A program made the translations under genes and the position numbers. The notes under the pieces were generated by a model. That model searched no databases. It saw only the letters and a list, made by a program, of their open reading frames with translations, and had not been told where the DNA came from. A DNA stretch of 64,000 bases, taken from contig OX597815.1 in NCBI GenBank assembly GCA_951406725.2, positions 179,180,001 to 179,244,000 of the forward strand, given 5' to 3'. The stretch comes from Octopus vulgaris (Eukaryota). Below, one piece after another: positions 1-14,278 of this stretch. The stretch's first letter is position 1, and every line of letters begins with the position of its first letter.

Positions 1-265
1 GTCGAACGAACTGACCCCCAGTATTTCCTTTTTTTACAAGCCTGGTAAATCGGCGTCTTTTGTCGAACTGCTAAGCTACAGGGGCAAACACACACAATCG
101 TACGACGAGCTTCTTTCAGTTTCCCTCTACCAAATTCACTCACAAGGCTATAATCCTCCCGAAGCTATAGTAGAAGACACCCGGCCAAGTTGTCAGGAAG
201 AGGGACAGAACCCAGAACCATGTGGTTGGGAAGCAAACTTCTTAACCACACAGCCACTCCTGCAT
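1..265 (-). mobile_element. SINE family A, diverged partial copy
   Basis: Matches other family A copies (ccatgtggttgggaagc...cttaaccacacagccactcctgc). Confidence 0.8.
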
Positions 266-2330
266 CTATTTCATTTCTCTCAAATTTTCTTGAGCGTTTT
301 CAAAAACCATGGAGCTTCACAAACCACACTTATTGTGTATTCACGCTAAACTAACAACAAAATATAGATCAACCATGGAACATGAAGTAATGTACTTCAT
401 GTAGCAATCAATTTGCTACATGGTCTCAATATTCGTCTGAAAATAATCCACTTGAAATATACAGCTAATGAACTTGAGAAAAGTATGCGCATCACGTTGT
501 CTCATTCGTTTATCTCAATAAATAAATAATTAAATAAATAAAGGAATGCTTATACCAAAAAGTAGTATCCACTTTTTTTGTGTCGCTGTAAGATGTTTTG
601 TTACAGTCTGATAGGTAGAGGAGGATATTTCTTCTGCGCATGCTCCGCGACCCAATGATCTACTATGATCTGTGTGAGATATTTAGATATGCTAGGAGAA
701 AAAAATATTAAAAAACATGAAATATATGAAATATATTTTTCATTAAAATATTGCAAAATATAGTCGTAAACTTGTCAACTAAAGTTAATTTAGAGCGACA
801 AGTGACAGTGATTTGTACATATTAATTCATTTACGGTAAATATTACCAATAAGAATGAATATATTTATTCCGTAGAATCGTAATAATGATGGCTGCAAAT
901 CTGAAAGTGAACTAGGTCTAGCGTTAAAAAGTGATGATACGGCCTAATTGCCAATATTTCGACAGTTATTTAAATTTTAGTGTCTCTCGAGCCGCAGACG
1001 AGAATCAAACATCCTTATTGTCGGTTGTGAGAAGAGAAATATTTTGGAAGAAACAATGGTATGTAGTTATTAAAAGCGATATCTATTTTACATTTAAACA
1101 TCCATATTTTCAAAAAAAGTTATTTTAAAAGTTTGACAGAACAGCAATTGAAGTACAGGCAATATTTTTTAAAAATACTTTGAGAGTTTCTGAAAAATGT
1201 TCAAATCACTTCACTTCAAATTTCTGAAATGGTTGTACAGAAACGAAAGCAGACTCTTTACTTAAGTAAATTATTCTGAATGTCGAAAGACGATTAAAAA
1301 CATGTTAGAAAACGAAACGGAACAAGAAATAAACAAAATTAACCCCTCAAATACAGTTTATTGAGGAATTATGGTGCTACCTGCAGATGCCGGAAAAAAT
1401 GTACAGAATGAACCAGAATTCAATTCACAGGCTAACGACTCTACTGACTCGTAACAAAACACAATTCCTTTCAGTGTTTGTTTCTCAGATAAATGCCGAA
1501 CAGTTATTCTGTGCTGACGGAAGGAAATAACCCAGGAATCGCGATACACAGATATTGTTTTGTGCTGAGTGGGGATGCTAAACTCCCTTGTCCGAAAATA
1601 TAAGGACATTGATAGTGTGTCGTATAGCCAGCTGGAGACGATGTTTCCTGGGGCTAAATAACAGTAATATTCGTCCTAAACCAGGACTGCCATGTTATGT
1701 TGGCAAATAAACTTTACTCTAGAGTACTGTTACTGAATGTCTTTCGTTGAGAGATTTACAAATAGAAATGTCTATTTTTTATTTTCCAGGACTGCCACGT
1801 CATGTCGGCAAATAATCTTTACCCATATTCGTTTTCTTTACTGCAAAAGAATGAAACGTACGACAAGAGGTCATATATCTCTGATATTTTATCTACTAAT
1901 TTTGAAAATGTGGATGAGCATAGAAAGTAATTTGTAATGATGGACTGGATGGGGTCTGTCCTGTTAAGTTTCAGTAAACAGCTCGGCAGAAAATTTTTAA
2001 TATTATCCAAATGCACTGAATCTCTTCATAGGGAGATACTCATTTCAAAATCATTCGCGGTCGAATTAAAATAGCAAAAAGTCGACGATCAAATTGCTGA
2101 AATGGATAATTTCATAATCAGCAGATTATTGAAGACTCATTTGAACAAATTTGCATCGATATGCATTCAATGCACAGAGGTATAATTTTTATACGGAGCT
2201 TAGATGGTTATTTAGATGCTAAAAAAACTATGAAGTACACATGGACATTTGCTCGTGAAAATGAAAATAAAAGCACGGACGCTTTTGTGAATAAATTTCG
2301 GATTTCTTGCTCGGAATATTTAGGGTGTAA

Positions 2331-2540
2331 AAGGCAGCGTGCTGGCAGGATAGTTACCACGCCGGGAAAATTCTTAGTGATACTTCTTCCGACTTCACGT
2401 TCTGTGCTCAAATGTCACTGGGGCCGACTTTGTCTTTCACTCTTTCCCGATTGATAAAATAAATACCAGTTGAAAAACGGGTTCTATGCAATCGACTTAC
2501 TTCGTCCCCTGAAATTTCTGGCCCTGTGCCGAAATTAGAA
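2331..2540 (+). mobile_element. SINE family B-related, diverged
   Basis: Starts aaggcagcgtgctggcagga, similar to B head aaggcggcgagctggcagaa; retains gataaa...taccag core. Confidence 0.6.
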
Positions 2541-2604
2541 GCCAATATTTAGTGAGTGGACATTATTATACTCACATAAATAAAAATTAGTTCTAATATT
2601 CTTT

Positions 2605-2997
2605 TCTTCACTAGGTACAAGGCTCCAAATTTTGTGGGAGGGGCCAGTCGAGTAGATCAACCTTAGTATGCAACTGGTACTTAATTTATCGACCCCGAAA
2701 GGATGAAACGCAAAGTTGACCACAGCGGCATTTGAACTCAGAACGCAACGGCAGACGAAATACCTATTTCTTTACTACCCACAAGGGGCTAAACACAGAG
2801 AGGACAAACAAGGACAGACAAACGAATTAAGTCGATTAAATCGACCCCAGTGCGTAACTGGTACTTAATTTTTCGACCCCGAAAGGATGAAAGGCAAAGT
2901 CGGCCTCGGCGGAATTTGAACTCAGAACGCAACGGCAGACGAAATACCGCTAAGCATTTCGCCAGGCGCGCTAACGTTTCTGCCAGCTCGCCGCCCT
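2605..2997 (-). mobile_element. SINE family B tandem (full copy plus head-less unit)
   Basis: tRNA-like head, B-box-like gagttcaaattcc, Meta-domain-like core gcctttcatcctttcggggtcgataaattaagtacc present twice. Confidence 0.85.
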
Positions 2998-3113
2998 TTT
3001 ACAAGCGTAATTATAATAACACCTTATACAAGCAAAAACTGGCCATATTCTCACACTGACACACAAATCGACGGCATTCCAGAAAACCGATGCCATTCGC
3101 AAAAATAATGTTG

Positions 3114-3517
3114 CTCTTTTACTCTTTTACTTGTTTCAGTCATTTGATTGCGGCCATGCTGGAGCACCGCCTTTTAGTCGAGCAAATCGACCACAGGACT
3201 TATTCTTTGTAAGCCTAGTACTTATTCTATCGGTCGCTTTTGCCGAACTGCTAAGCTACGTGGACGTAATCACACCAGCGTCGGTTGTCAAGCGATGTTG
3301 GGGGTACAAACACAGACACACAAACTAGCACACACATATATACATATACATATATACGACGGGCTTCTTTCAGTTTCCGTCTATCAAATCCACTCACAAG
3401 GCTTTGGTCGGCCCGAGGCTATAGTAGAAGACACTTACCCATGGTACCACGCAGTGGGACTGAAGCCGGAACCATGTGGTTGGTAAACAAGCTACTTACC
3501 ACAGCCACTCCCGCGCC
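3114..3517 (-). mobile_element. SINE family A, near full length
   Basis: tRNA-like head ggcgcgggagtggctgtggtaag...ggcttcagtccc, internal (TA/TG)n, gtaaaaga tail; many copies in window. Confidence 0.9.
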
Positions 3518-5492
3518 TATAAAGGTATTCCTGTTAAAAGGAGTACCTTTAAAAATGCGTCCTTTAAAAAGAGTAGGTGTGTAGGGGACACAATGAGCAA
3601 TATTTACTGCATTTCTGACCCCGAGAAAAAGACTTTTTACAAGTGTTTACTATCTTATACAAACTAAATCAGCCAAGCAAATGACTTTCACTAAATGCAT
3701 TCAAAAAAACTATAGCATATTAAGAACACTATTTCCGAAAATTATCTCCTTTTTCTTTGAACATGCTAAAAGCAAATTTAGGCGGGGCAAAATGAGCAAG
3801 ACAAAATAAGGTAAATTTGCCACTTTAATTATTCTCCATTTGAAAAAATCTCGTATGCATCATTATCTATTCTTAGTCATCAGAAAATCGAGAAATGCAA
3901 CAAAAATTTAAAATATCTGAGGCATAGGTATACGAAAGAAGAATATGGAAAAATGGCACATGATAAGAAATGAGCAAAACTCGACTAAATCTAAGACCCT
4001 AACATAAAATATTCTTCATAGCTTCTTCATGATTTGCTGGGGTGACTCTCTTCCTAGATATATCTACGCACCATATATTTAAAAGGACGTTATTGAACTT
4101 AGTTATCACTTACTTTGCCCCACCTAGGACATAATTTCTTTGAAAATTGAAAATTGAAAATTAGTCGTTAGTATAGGAAAATATTCACTTGGAACCCAAT
4201 TGAGAAAAGAATTGAGATTGTTAACATCAAAAATTATCCGGATATTTTATAAGCAGCCTTAATTACATTCGGGTCAAATTTGAAGAAAAAAATCTTGAAA
4301 AAACAAAAAACAAAACAAAAACAAAAAAACAAACAAAAATCCTGTCTGCTTTGTTTCAAACTCATCCAACCTCAACAACAACAACAATAATACTGAACGA
4401 CTTCTACTCCCAAGAATGATGGAACTACAAAATGATGGTGCACTACTTACAATATAATGGTGTGAAACAGTTAGAAAGAAAATAGCAAAAAAAAAGAACC
4501 CCAGAAATTATTCATTTTGCCAGTCCCTTAAAAATATCAAACTACGATAAAAGAAATTATTCGTGTTGTATTTGAAATTTATGTAAGTCAGAAAGAGTAA
4601 GTAAACGTGTATTATTCATCCTTAAACGCAGATAAATATCAAATTTCCATCTGTTGTTGGTTTGAAGTCTTGTGAAAAAGAGATATATTCTATGACATCC
4701 ATTGACGTAATTTTTGATTTTTATCGCAGAAGAATATCTTTCAGCTGTTTTTGTTTTAATTCAGTTTTCTCTTTTATATTTCTATGAATTGGAATCTTTT
4801 CTTCAATCAATATCTTTAAATTTAGAAAAAAAAAAAAAAGAAAAAAAGCACGGAGAGAGCGGCGTCGTTTCATTGAAGATGAAAAACGGGTATTTTGATC
4901 TTGGAAACGTCCAAATATTAAAAAAAAATATTGCCAAAAAGCTTCGGATTTATGCGTTTTTAATAATAATTCTTCATTTATTGAATAAAGAAATAAGTAC
5001 TAAATTATAAGCAAAAAGGCCTGTTCTAAAATCTCCCTAAGAGATCAACGCAGTTGTTGTACTAACAAGTCATGTTCATAGACACTTCAACATGGCTGTT
5101 CCACCGAACGGACTTTACTGCGATTTTTTATCCCCAAGAAGACATCTCCTCTAGTTGGTTAACGATGCATACGTGCATCCGATATATTACGAGTCGGGGG
5201 AACGAACCCCTACCATCCAGCGACGGAACCAGTACACCAGCCTGGTTTCGAGCTACTTCTGCTTCTCTTCCGTACTGGACACCAAGTCTGATAGAAATGG
5301 CAGTAGCTCGCAATATATATAAATTCAAGCGAACACACAGTCACTGATTTTGCAACAAGCAAAAAGTTACTTCTAAAAGTTACTTCTAAGACATGACCGC
5401 AGTTGTTGAACTCGCAAGTAATATACGTAGCCACTTCAACATGGCTGTTCCGTTCGAAAGGACTTTACTACGACTTGCAAAGATACATATAT

Positions 5493-5537
<45 letters not shown>

Positions 5538-5541
<4 letters not shown>

Positions 5542-5791
5542 CGTGATCACCATGACCGACCAGACTATCAGATGTTGCTACACATCGCTGGTCACAATGC
5601 GTTTCGCATTGTTTTAGCCTTCAAATGACGCCACCCCGCTGGCTAAGCGAACAGGCCAACAGAAGAAAGAGTGAGATAAAGTTGTGGCGAAAGAGTACAG
5701 CAGGGACCGCCACCACCCCCTGCCGGAGCCTCATGGAGCTTTAGATGTTTTCACTCAATAAGCTGTCCTAACCACTTGGCCATTGCGCCTC

Positions 5792-5794
<3 letters not shown>
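5538..5794 (-). mobile_element. SINE family C (tail type 1), internally deleted
   Basis: Head ggaggcgcaatggcc; body and tail shared with 8205-8509. Confidence 0.85.
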
Positions 5795-5880
<86 letters not shown>

Positions 5881-6040
5881 GTTAATCCAAACATGAAAAT
5901 ACAACAACGCGAGGACGTGGAACAAGTGTTATTGGACGCTCAGGAAAGGAAAGAAAGAAGGAGCATTTAACGTTTCAAGCGGAGCTTGAAGGGAAGACGA
6001 AGGAAAAAAATCCCCAACGGTACACACGCGGTCACATTTT
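5881..6040 (-). mobile_element. Short PLE terminal-repeat-like element (family F2) in (TA)n
   Basis: Reverse complement of 63129-63315; flanked by (TA)n. Confidence 0.6.
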
Positions 6041-6054
6041 GAATATATATAAAT

Positions 6055-6093
<39 letters not shown>

Positions 6094-6176
6094 TATATAC
6101 ACGTATATATATACACACACATATATATATACACATATATATACATATACACACGCACACGCACACACACACACAC

Positions 6177-6235
<59 letters not shown>

Positions 6236-6589
6236 AGTAAAATAAGGATTCAGATAGAGTCAGGTACTTGAAAAGATATGCACCAGGTAGGGTTGGATAA
6301 ACCTGTGGTTCCAGCCTGTGGTTGGTGAGTAACAAATAAGATATTCTGGTTGTGCACTCAGAGAAAACCAGCCATGTGAGTATTTGAGTATTTAACCCCT
6401 AGTCTGGTCCAAAGCACCCGTGACCTCGACAGACTTCAGCCACATCATTGGTGTATTCTTGGGATATTCTTTTGTTTGGAAAATTACTTCCCATCTGATG
6501 ATTTCGGTTTTTTGTAATGGAGCAATGTTCCCATTCTTCTATTAAAAAGATGCGTAAGAAACAGGTGTAATGAGCAACAATTATCCACG

Positions 6590-6770
6590 TTTGTCATTAT
6601 TCATTTGATTCTCCTTTTTTCTCTCCTTGTTTTTCCTGTGTCCCTTTCTGTGGAAGAGCGTAGGCTCGAAACGTAAAAAACTGTTTTCTATTCCTGAGCG
6701 TTATACTAATACATCTGTTTGTTTTGTACACCACCTGTCTTCGTCTTTTGTTTTTATCGTAAACTCTCCC
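6590..6770 (+). mobile_element. PLE terminal-repeat-like element (family F1) with hammerhead-like motif
   Basis: ttt-CTGTGGA-a-gagc-gtag-gctc-GAAA-cg-TA-aaa at ~6645-6678; homologous to 11775, 15071, 18128; ends at (TA)n. Confidence 0.6.
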
Positions 6771-6801
<31 letters not shown>

Positions 6802-8204
6802 CACATATTTGCTCGTACAAAAGATAGGATATTAATGTCGAGGAATCGCTGAGATATTCGTTGTCGTAAGAATTTTGCTTTTGTTTGGAGACGCAATAAA
6901 GTAGCGAACTGTTAATTTTCGTGATGTATCATGGTACCTTTCATCTCCAAGAGAAGCATTAAGCTGCTGGAATCGAACTTATCAGATCCATATCACTATC
7001 TCCATTCTTCGTTCCGCGATAATACTATTTCTCAAAAAAAATACAGATTTTTTCATCAATGAAAGAATTTCATACCTATCATTTTAACGAATTCCACTGT
7101 TCGATAGAAACTATTAATCAAACCATCAAAGATACCTAATATATGATTTATTATTTCACAATCTCATAATTTATATTTTTGTCAAAGAAGGGTGAATATT
7201 GTGATTTCGCGTTTCTTAACAATCGATATATCATTTAGCAAGTGAGTTCTTCCCCTTACTGAAACCGGAAGTTGAGCTGTACCATTAAGTTTTGAATAAA
7301 TCCCTCTATACAGACCGCTCATCGCGACTTCATTCGACAGGAACATTCTATGGCGATAGATATGTATATGAGCGTGAGGTAGATGTGAAATTCGCCTTTC
7401 CTCTGTTATATTAAGCTTATTTTCAATACGGAATCACTCTTGAAAAAGAATTTGTATAGCAATGATGGCCATTAAGCCCAGCGGGTGCGTATCAGGACAC
7501 GATGCAAATACAGAAGATAATTTAATTTTGGCGATCGCGTCTCAGTGGATTTCATCTAAAAGACGCACATAGCTAATAAGAATACATCTCCACTCATCCT
7601 GTCTCTTTCCTTTTACACCCTCTCTTCCTCTCTCTCTCTCTCTCTCACACACACGCAGATTCCCTATGTACGACTGTATGTATAAATGTATGTACTTATG
7701 TATATGCCTGTGTGTGCATGTGAGTATATATAGGTCTGTCAACACAATCACATACATATATAATTTCATAGATAGATGTTACTAGAGGCGATAAGATCAT
7801 AACCGGAAAATTAAAATCGAGATATTTCGAGATATAGCGAAGCGAAGAAACTAACGAAAACATACACACACGTTCATATACTTACACCCACGCACAATAC
7901 ATACACTTCAAGCACATGTAAAGTGGAAATACGTACGGAAGCAAAACCAGGAAACAACGGATATGTATTAAAACAGCCTCGCATTGGTTCGTAGACATAC
8001 ACACTGATTCATACTGAGGCACTCGAACAATCACATACATACGAATGCTCACACATACACACACAAAATTATACTTATTTTCTTGATTCTAAGTTTCATG
8101 CTAAATTGTGCATTCTTCAGATGGATGCAATTCAAGCGAAGGTTTCGACAAGAAAAAGAGATTCATCCAAGCACATACTCTATTTGTGACTGGATGTTGC
8201 CTAT

Positions 8205-8509
8205 ATCACCGTGACCGACCAGACTATCAGATGTTGCTACACACCGCTGGTCACAATGCGCTTCGCATTGTTTTAGCCTTCAAATGACGCCACCCCGCTG
8301 GCTAAGCGAGTAGGCCAACAGAAGAAAGAGTGAGAGAAACTTGTGGCGAAAGAGTACAGCAGGGATCACCACCACCTCCTGCCGGAGCCTCGTGGAGCCT
8401 TAGGTGTTTTCGCTCCATAAACACTCACAACGACCGGTCTGGGAATCGAAACCGCGATCCTACAACCACGAGTCCGCTGCCCTAACCACTGGGCCATTGC
8501 GCCTCCACA
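8205..8509 (-). mobile_element. SINE family C (tail type 1)
   Basis: tRNA-like head with A/B boxes (tggcccagtgg, gtttcgattcc); TSD gttgcctatat at 8196-8206 and 8510-8520. Confidence 0.9.
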
Positions 8510-9119
8510 GTTGCCTATATATTTGCATCAATATGTATATGCCTTAAATTCTCTCTTCATATTTCGCTCTTTAGCGCTGGTATCTTCTTACTGGAGTAAT
8601 TCGAAGCATGACTGGTTTCGATTTTGATATATTTAATATATTCACGGAGGGAATTTTCTATGTAATATTGCTTCGTTAACAAGTTGAGTTAAGAAATGAA
8701 GAACAAAATTCATGCTTTAATGGACGCATATCTCTGTAAACAGCAGTTCCTGATCGAAAAAAAAAGACGAAAGAATAACCAAGGGAATTAAATAAATGAC
8801 TGCGTATTTAGTTTACAGCCATTTACGTTTTCATTTCAATACTGTCTGAGACAGATTTCTATTTCATCTTTCCGGGCCGATAAATAGAGGAGCAGGCTAG
8901 TAGTGGACTAGATTTAATATTTCTATAAAGCATCTTGATATGAAATAGGAAAGTATTCCCGAACACTGTAACAATGAGTGTGTAACCAAGAAATATAACA
9001 CCAGAATAAAGAAATATTTCCCCCAGGCTTTTTTGCGTGCAATAAATCGATAACTTTGAATATATTTCTCGTACCTGTGCTCATAACAACATTTGGGTTT
9101 TCCGTACCAGGAATTTTAT

Positions 9120-9900
9120 CGTCAACAGTGATGTAGGTGACCGTTATTTAAAATGATAACATCGATCTAAACAGCTGCTGAATGCTGCATGACATCGCTT
9201 CGATAACATACATTAACCATTAAATATCAAAATCGTGTCTGCATACGTGAGACCTATAAAAAACACGATATTTGGAAAGGAGCTTCTTAGAAAGTATCCT
9301 CTGACTGATAAACTGGGACATATACTCAGGCGTGTTGCACAACCTCTATCACAGGTCACCAGAAGAGAAGAGCTCCATACGTACCGGCAAAAGGCATGTC
9401 TATATTCCCAGAAGGCTTTAAAGGGAGAACTACAGTGGCAACCAGAGAAATCTATTCTGGACTGACAACTGGGATATTCGCCCTTACGATGAAGGATATG
9501 CATTTGCAATGTAGGAGCTGGAAATAGGCAAAAAATATCGGATGCACAAAAGGGATAGAGATGCTGATAAGCCACCTAGATACAGCAACAGATAGAAGCC
9601 TAATGTTGAGGATATCATTCACATTATAGGTAGCTTCCCAAAAATGTGCTCACGAAACTATCTACTTGTGAGACATGATGTGGCTAGAATATTAATAAAA
9701 TCTGGAAAAAAAGATTATCCTGGGAAGACAAACATAAGGAACTGCTGTGATGTGAACGGTATAAAAGCACATGATTCGGATCACACTGGTGGGATGCCCA
9801 CACCACGCATGTAGTGAAATGCAAGCACAGCATGCCAGACATAATGATCAGGGACGAGAAAAGTAACCATGCAATTAGAATAAGTTATCTTGGAGAAGAC
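9120..9900 (+). mobile_element. Decayed R4/Dong-like LINE, C-terminal zinc finger and restriction-like endonuclease
   Basis: Translation gives EDIIHIIGSFPKM..NYLLVRHDVARI and HWWD...KCKHSMPDIMIRD, typical RHD and WWD..PD motifs; stops and frameshifts. Confidence 0.7.
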
Positions 9901-9904
9901 GACT

Positions 9905-10292
9905 CTCTTTACTCTTTCACTCTTTTATTTGTTTCAGTCATTTGACTGCGGCCATGCTGGAGCACCGCCTTTAGTCGAGCAAATCGATCCCAGGACTTAT
10001 TCTTCGTAAGCCTAGTACTTATTCTATCGGTATCTTTTGCCGAACCGCTAAGTTACGGGGATGTAAACACACCAGCATCGGTTGTTAAGCGATGTTGGGG
10101 GGGGGGGGGGCAAATACAGACACACAAACATATATACACATACATACATACATACATACACACTATAATCTCGGGCCGACCAAGGCCCGAGGTTATAGTA
10201 GAAGACACTTTCACAATGTGCCACGCAGTGGGACTGAACCCGGAACCATGTACTTGGTAAGCAAGCTACTTACCACACAGCCACTCCTGCGC
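9905..10292 (-). mobile_element. SINE family A
   Basis: Same head, body and tail as 3114-3517, small internal deletion. Confidence 0.9.
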
Positions 10293-10389
10293 TTGTTGAC
10301 TGTTGAGAAAGACAATATCTACGCCGGAATAAGTGAACGACACGTTTCTTCCGATTCGGTTAACCACTACTCTAATGCATACAATAGGA

Positions 10390-10770
10390 GGGAAGCACTC
10401 CGTCGGTTACGACGACGACGGTTCCGGTTGATCCGATCAACGGAACAGCCTGCTCGTGAAATTAACGTGTAAGTGGCTGAGCACTCCACAGACACGTGTA
10501 CCCTTAACGTAGTTCTCGGGGATATTCAGCGTGACACAGAGAGTGACAAGGCCGGCCCTTTGAAATACAGGTACAACAGAAACAGGAAGTAAGAGTGAGA
10601 GAAAGTTGTGGTGAAAGAGTACAGCAGGGATCACCACCATCCCTGCCGGAGCCTCGTGGAGCTTTAGGTGTTTTCGCTCAATAAACACTCACAACGCCCG
10701 GTCTGGGAATCGAAACCGCGATCCTACGACCGCGAGTCCGCTGCCCTGACCACTGGGCCATTGCGCCTCC
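10390..10770 (-). mobile_element. SINE family C (tail type 2)
   Basis: Family C head and body with a different 3' module; TSD gcatacaata at 10377-10386 and 10771-10780. Confidence 0.9.
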
Positions 10771-11282
10771 GCATACAATAATACATAATACTAATACTAA
10801 ATCTATATATTGTCTACATTTTCGTTTTTTAAAAATTTTTTTCATAATTCCATGTGATTATAATACATAAGTGTCTTGTCTGTTTTGCCTGAGACTAATA
10901 ACACAACTAAATTAATGCTGTCAATTGAGTTAAAATGCTTTAACTCGATTTCATCTTGAAAATAAAATGTCAGTTATATTTATCTTGGTGCTAGAGTTCT
11001 TTAAAGCGATTTTAAAACCAATTATTCAGATTTTTCGGTCGGTCATAGGAAGTATCGTAGATAACCCCGAGAAAAATGTTTCTGTCTCTCAATGATTTCG
11101 CTGCTTAATTTGCTCTTCCTTTGCCTTGTCGTCTTGCATCAGAAAAGTAGGAACGTAGCCGCATCTTTCCAGTTTAGAACACACCAACGAATGTGGTGGT
11201 GGTGGTGGAGAGGTAAAAGAAACACGCACATAGAGACAAGCACAGATACGCGTGCACACACACACATATATGATATAAATAA

Positions 11283-11774
<492 letters not shown>

Positions 11775-11779
<5 letters not shown>

Positions 11780-11845
11780 CTCTCCCTGTTTATTTTTGTG
11801 TTTCTGTCTGTTGAAGAGCGTAGGTTCGAAACGTAAAAGATTTTC
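11775..11845 (+). mobile_element. Family F1 partial copy with hammerhead-like motif
   Basis: CTGTTGA-a-gagc-gtag-gttc-GAAA-cg-TA-aaag at 11808-11839. Confidence 0.55.
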
Positions 11846-11849
11846 TCAA

Positions 11850-12340
11850 GTGTCAAAACAACTCATACCCACAATAATGCACCGCCTTATTTACTGACAA
11901 GGTTGAAAAATTGGTAACAATCCACCCTTATACCCCCCACCACATATATATAATGATATAGGGGCTGTTGACTTGTAGAGGAGGATGACCATCGCTAGAT
12001 AGACAATGGGATATCAACAATACTCGAGCTTAAATCAAATACAACATCCACAACATTGCTACTTCTCACCTACACAAGATCTTTGGCTTCGCAATGAGGC
12101 GGTTCTTATTTCGGAATTCCTTTCTTCCTGAGAAATAGCCAAACAAAGACTTGGGCGTCTCTCAACACCAGCTGTTGGATGGCTGTTGATTCTACTGAGT
12201 TCATCCCTCGTTTGACAGGTTTTGTTGTTCGTTTCTAACGAAAGCCATCACCCTTACATACCTTGGCAGGGTTGCTGGTTTAGTAGCCGACAGCCCGAGT
12301 GTGAAATGTTCTGTATTGGGTAACATGTTAGCAGTAAGAC
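11850..12340 (-). mobile_element. Possible decayed RTE-like LINE 5' fragment
   Basis: Higher-complexity segment resembling RTE 5' UTR and endonuclease start; weak similarity only. Confidence 0.3.
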
Positions 12341-12487
12341 TAAGAGTGAGCCGATATGCATACAGACACGCACAGCTACTTACATATATATATATATATA
12401 TATATCTTTAATAAATATTAGGGAATAAATCCAAAATTACAGGGAAAAAATCAGATTTAGGATTAAATCCAATTTTATAGTAAAATA

Positions 12488-12698
12488 TTATATAATATTA
12501 ATTCGAGACAAAACCACTATTTTGCAAATCAAACAAGGAAAGACTTAATTAATACATAAAAAAATTTAATATAAAGTAATTAGATTATATGTTGATTATA
12601 TATAGATTATATATAGATTATATATAGATTATATATATTTATTAAAATTTTCCTTGTTTGATTTGCAAAATAGTTGTCTCGAATTAATATTATATATA
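12488..12698. repeat. Imperfect inverted repeat in (TA)n context
   Basis: taatattaattcgagacaa...ttgcaaatcaaacaaggaaa mirrored by tttccttgtttgatttgcaa...ttgtctcgaattaatatta. Confidence 0.75.
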
Positions 12699-12700
12699 TA

Positions 12701-13095
12701 TCTTTATATATAAAGCGGAGGTTGTCTGTGTGTGTGTGTGGCAGGTTTGGTAGCCTTCAACTAACACTATCTCCTACGAGACCCTGCGGCGCAAGTTGAC
12801 CAAAATTGATAGAAGAAGGCTTGTTCTTCATTCCGTAGAAGAAAAAATTCAAATCGGACCATGTTAACACCAAAAATTATTTACATCAAAAAGGTGCTTT
12901 TTTACTATGAAAATCCTTACTTTTTTACGATTTTTTGACTGCTGTGTCGCGATTTTTCGGTGTATTTCAACCAGAAAAATGTTCACTTAAAGTGAATGAC
13001 AAGCTACATAATGCAAACTTTTTACTTTTCAAAAATTCCAATTCTAAAGGGTCGAAAAGAAAATAAACCCGAGCAACGCCGGGTTATACTGCTAG
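12701..13095 (+). mobile_element. Non-autonomous Helitron
   Basis: 5' TC (tctttatatataaa), 3' hairpin cccgagcaacgccggg then CTAG; inserted between A and T with no TSD. Confidence 0.8.
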
Positions 13096-13106
13096 TATAT
13101 ATAACT

Positions 13107-13335
13107 GGCGCAGGCGTGGCTGTGTGGTAAGAATTTCTCAATCATGTGGTGTTGGGTTCAGTGCCTCTGTGTGGCATCTTGGAATAGAGTCTTCTACTAT
13201 AGTCGCGGTTCGACGTACATAAGAAGCCCATTATAGATAGATAGATGTATCTTTATGTTTGTGTTTGGTCGACTGAACCCTTCAAAGTGGTGCCCCAGCA
13301 TGGCCGCAATGCCGTGGATTGAACATTTAAAAGTT
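13107..13335 (+). mobile_element. SINE family A, diverged and deleted
   Basis: ggcgcaggcgtggctgtgtggtaag head and ccagcatggccgca tail. Confidence 0.7.
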
Positions 13336-14178
13336 AAAAGCGATGAAAAGAAATACATAATGCGTGTTTGTGTTTGTGCGCGAAAGGCCGAGAGAGAAAG
13401 AAAGAAAGAAAAAGGAAAAGAAGATGAGTGACGTTCACTCACGCATCGATGTACATACATGTCTCTGTATGTGTGTACATGAGAGTGTATTAGTATGTTT
13501 GTGTGTATGGATGTGTGTGTATGGATGTGTGTGTATGTATGGATGAGTTTGTGGTTGTGCGTGCGGGCATTCGGTAAGTACATTTTATTGATTAAAACGT
13601 AATAAGGTCTTAGATGATCTGCCTGCAAGTTTTCAGCAATATGGCGGATGTACAGAACAGAGTAAGCAGTTTCTAAATCTTTATATTTTTGCATTTTATT
13701 TTATTTTATTTTAATTTATTTCAGTTTTAAGTTCAGAGGTCAGAAAATGTCTAACTCATTTCTATGATACTTCGGAGAAACAGTTCCTGGCCATATATAA
13801 AGCACGTCTTAATTCACACAGAGAGAGTTAATTAGAGATCGTTTGACAGCCGTTAGAAATTGCTAATACATCAACACAGCATGATTCCCAGCGTAATTAC
13901 TCTATCTCAGCACAGTTGAATTTTTAAAAACAAGCGTTGCCGTTACTGTGGAGTAGGGAAGCGGCGGGGGTGGTCTGGGGGGCGGTGCTACTGGGTATAT
14001 CTCATAAATAATGCAGCGTACGACTGTGAAATTACATTTTCAGATGTGCCCTTATGGAAACCGTGGTATATATTGATCTCTGGGATCTTCAAGTGTAAAT
14101 AAATCACCCAAAACGATGTGAAAGTGCATATATATATATATATACATACATACATACATACATACATACATACATACA

Positions 14179-14236
<58 letters not shown>

Positions 14237-14278
14237 GAACAATCTTACTTAGAAATGGATGCGTGCGTTCCGTCATAT

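Noticed and set aside
2000-2330. Possible mariner relic
   Set aside because: Too decayed to support with clear motifs
3131-3584. Recurrent ORFs containing VPRSGTEPGTMWLVSKLLTT or FDCGHAGAPP
   Set aside because: Antisense read-through of SINE family A
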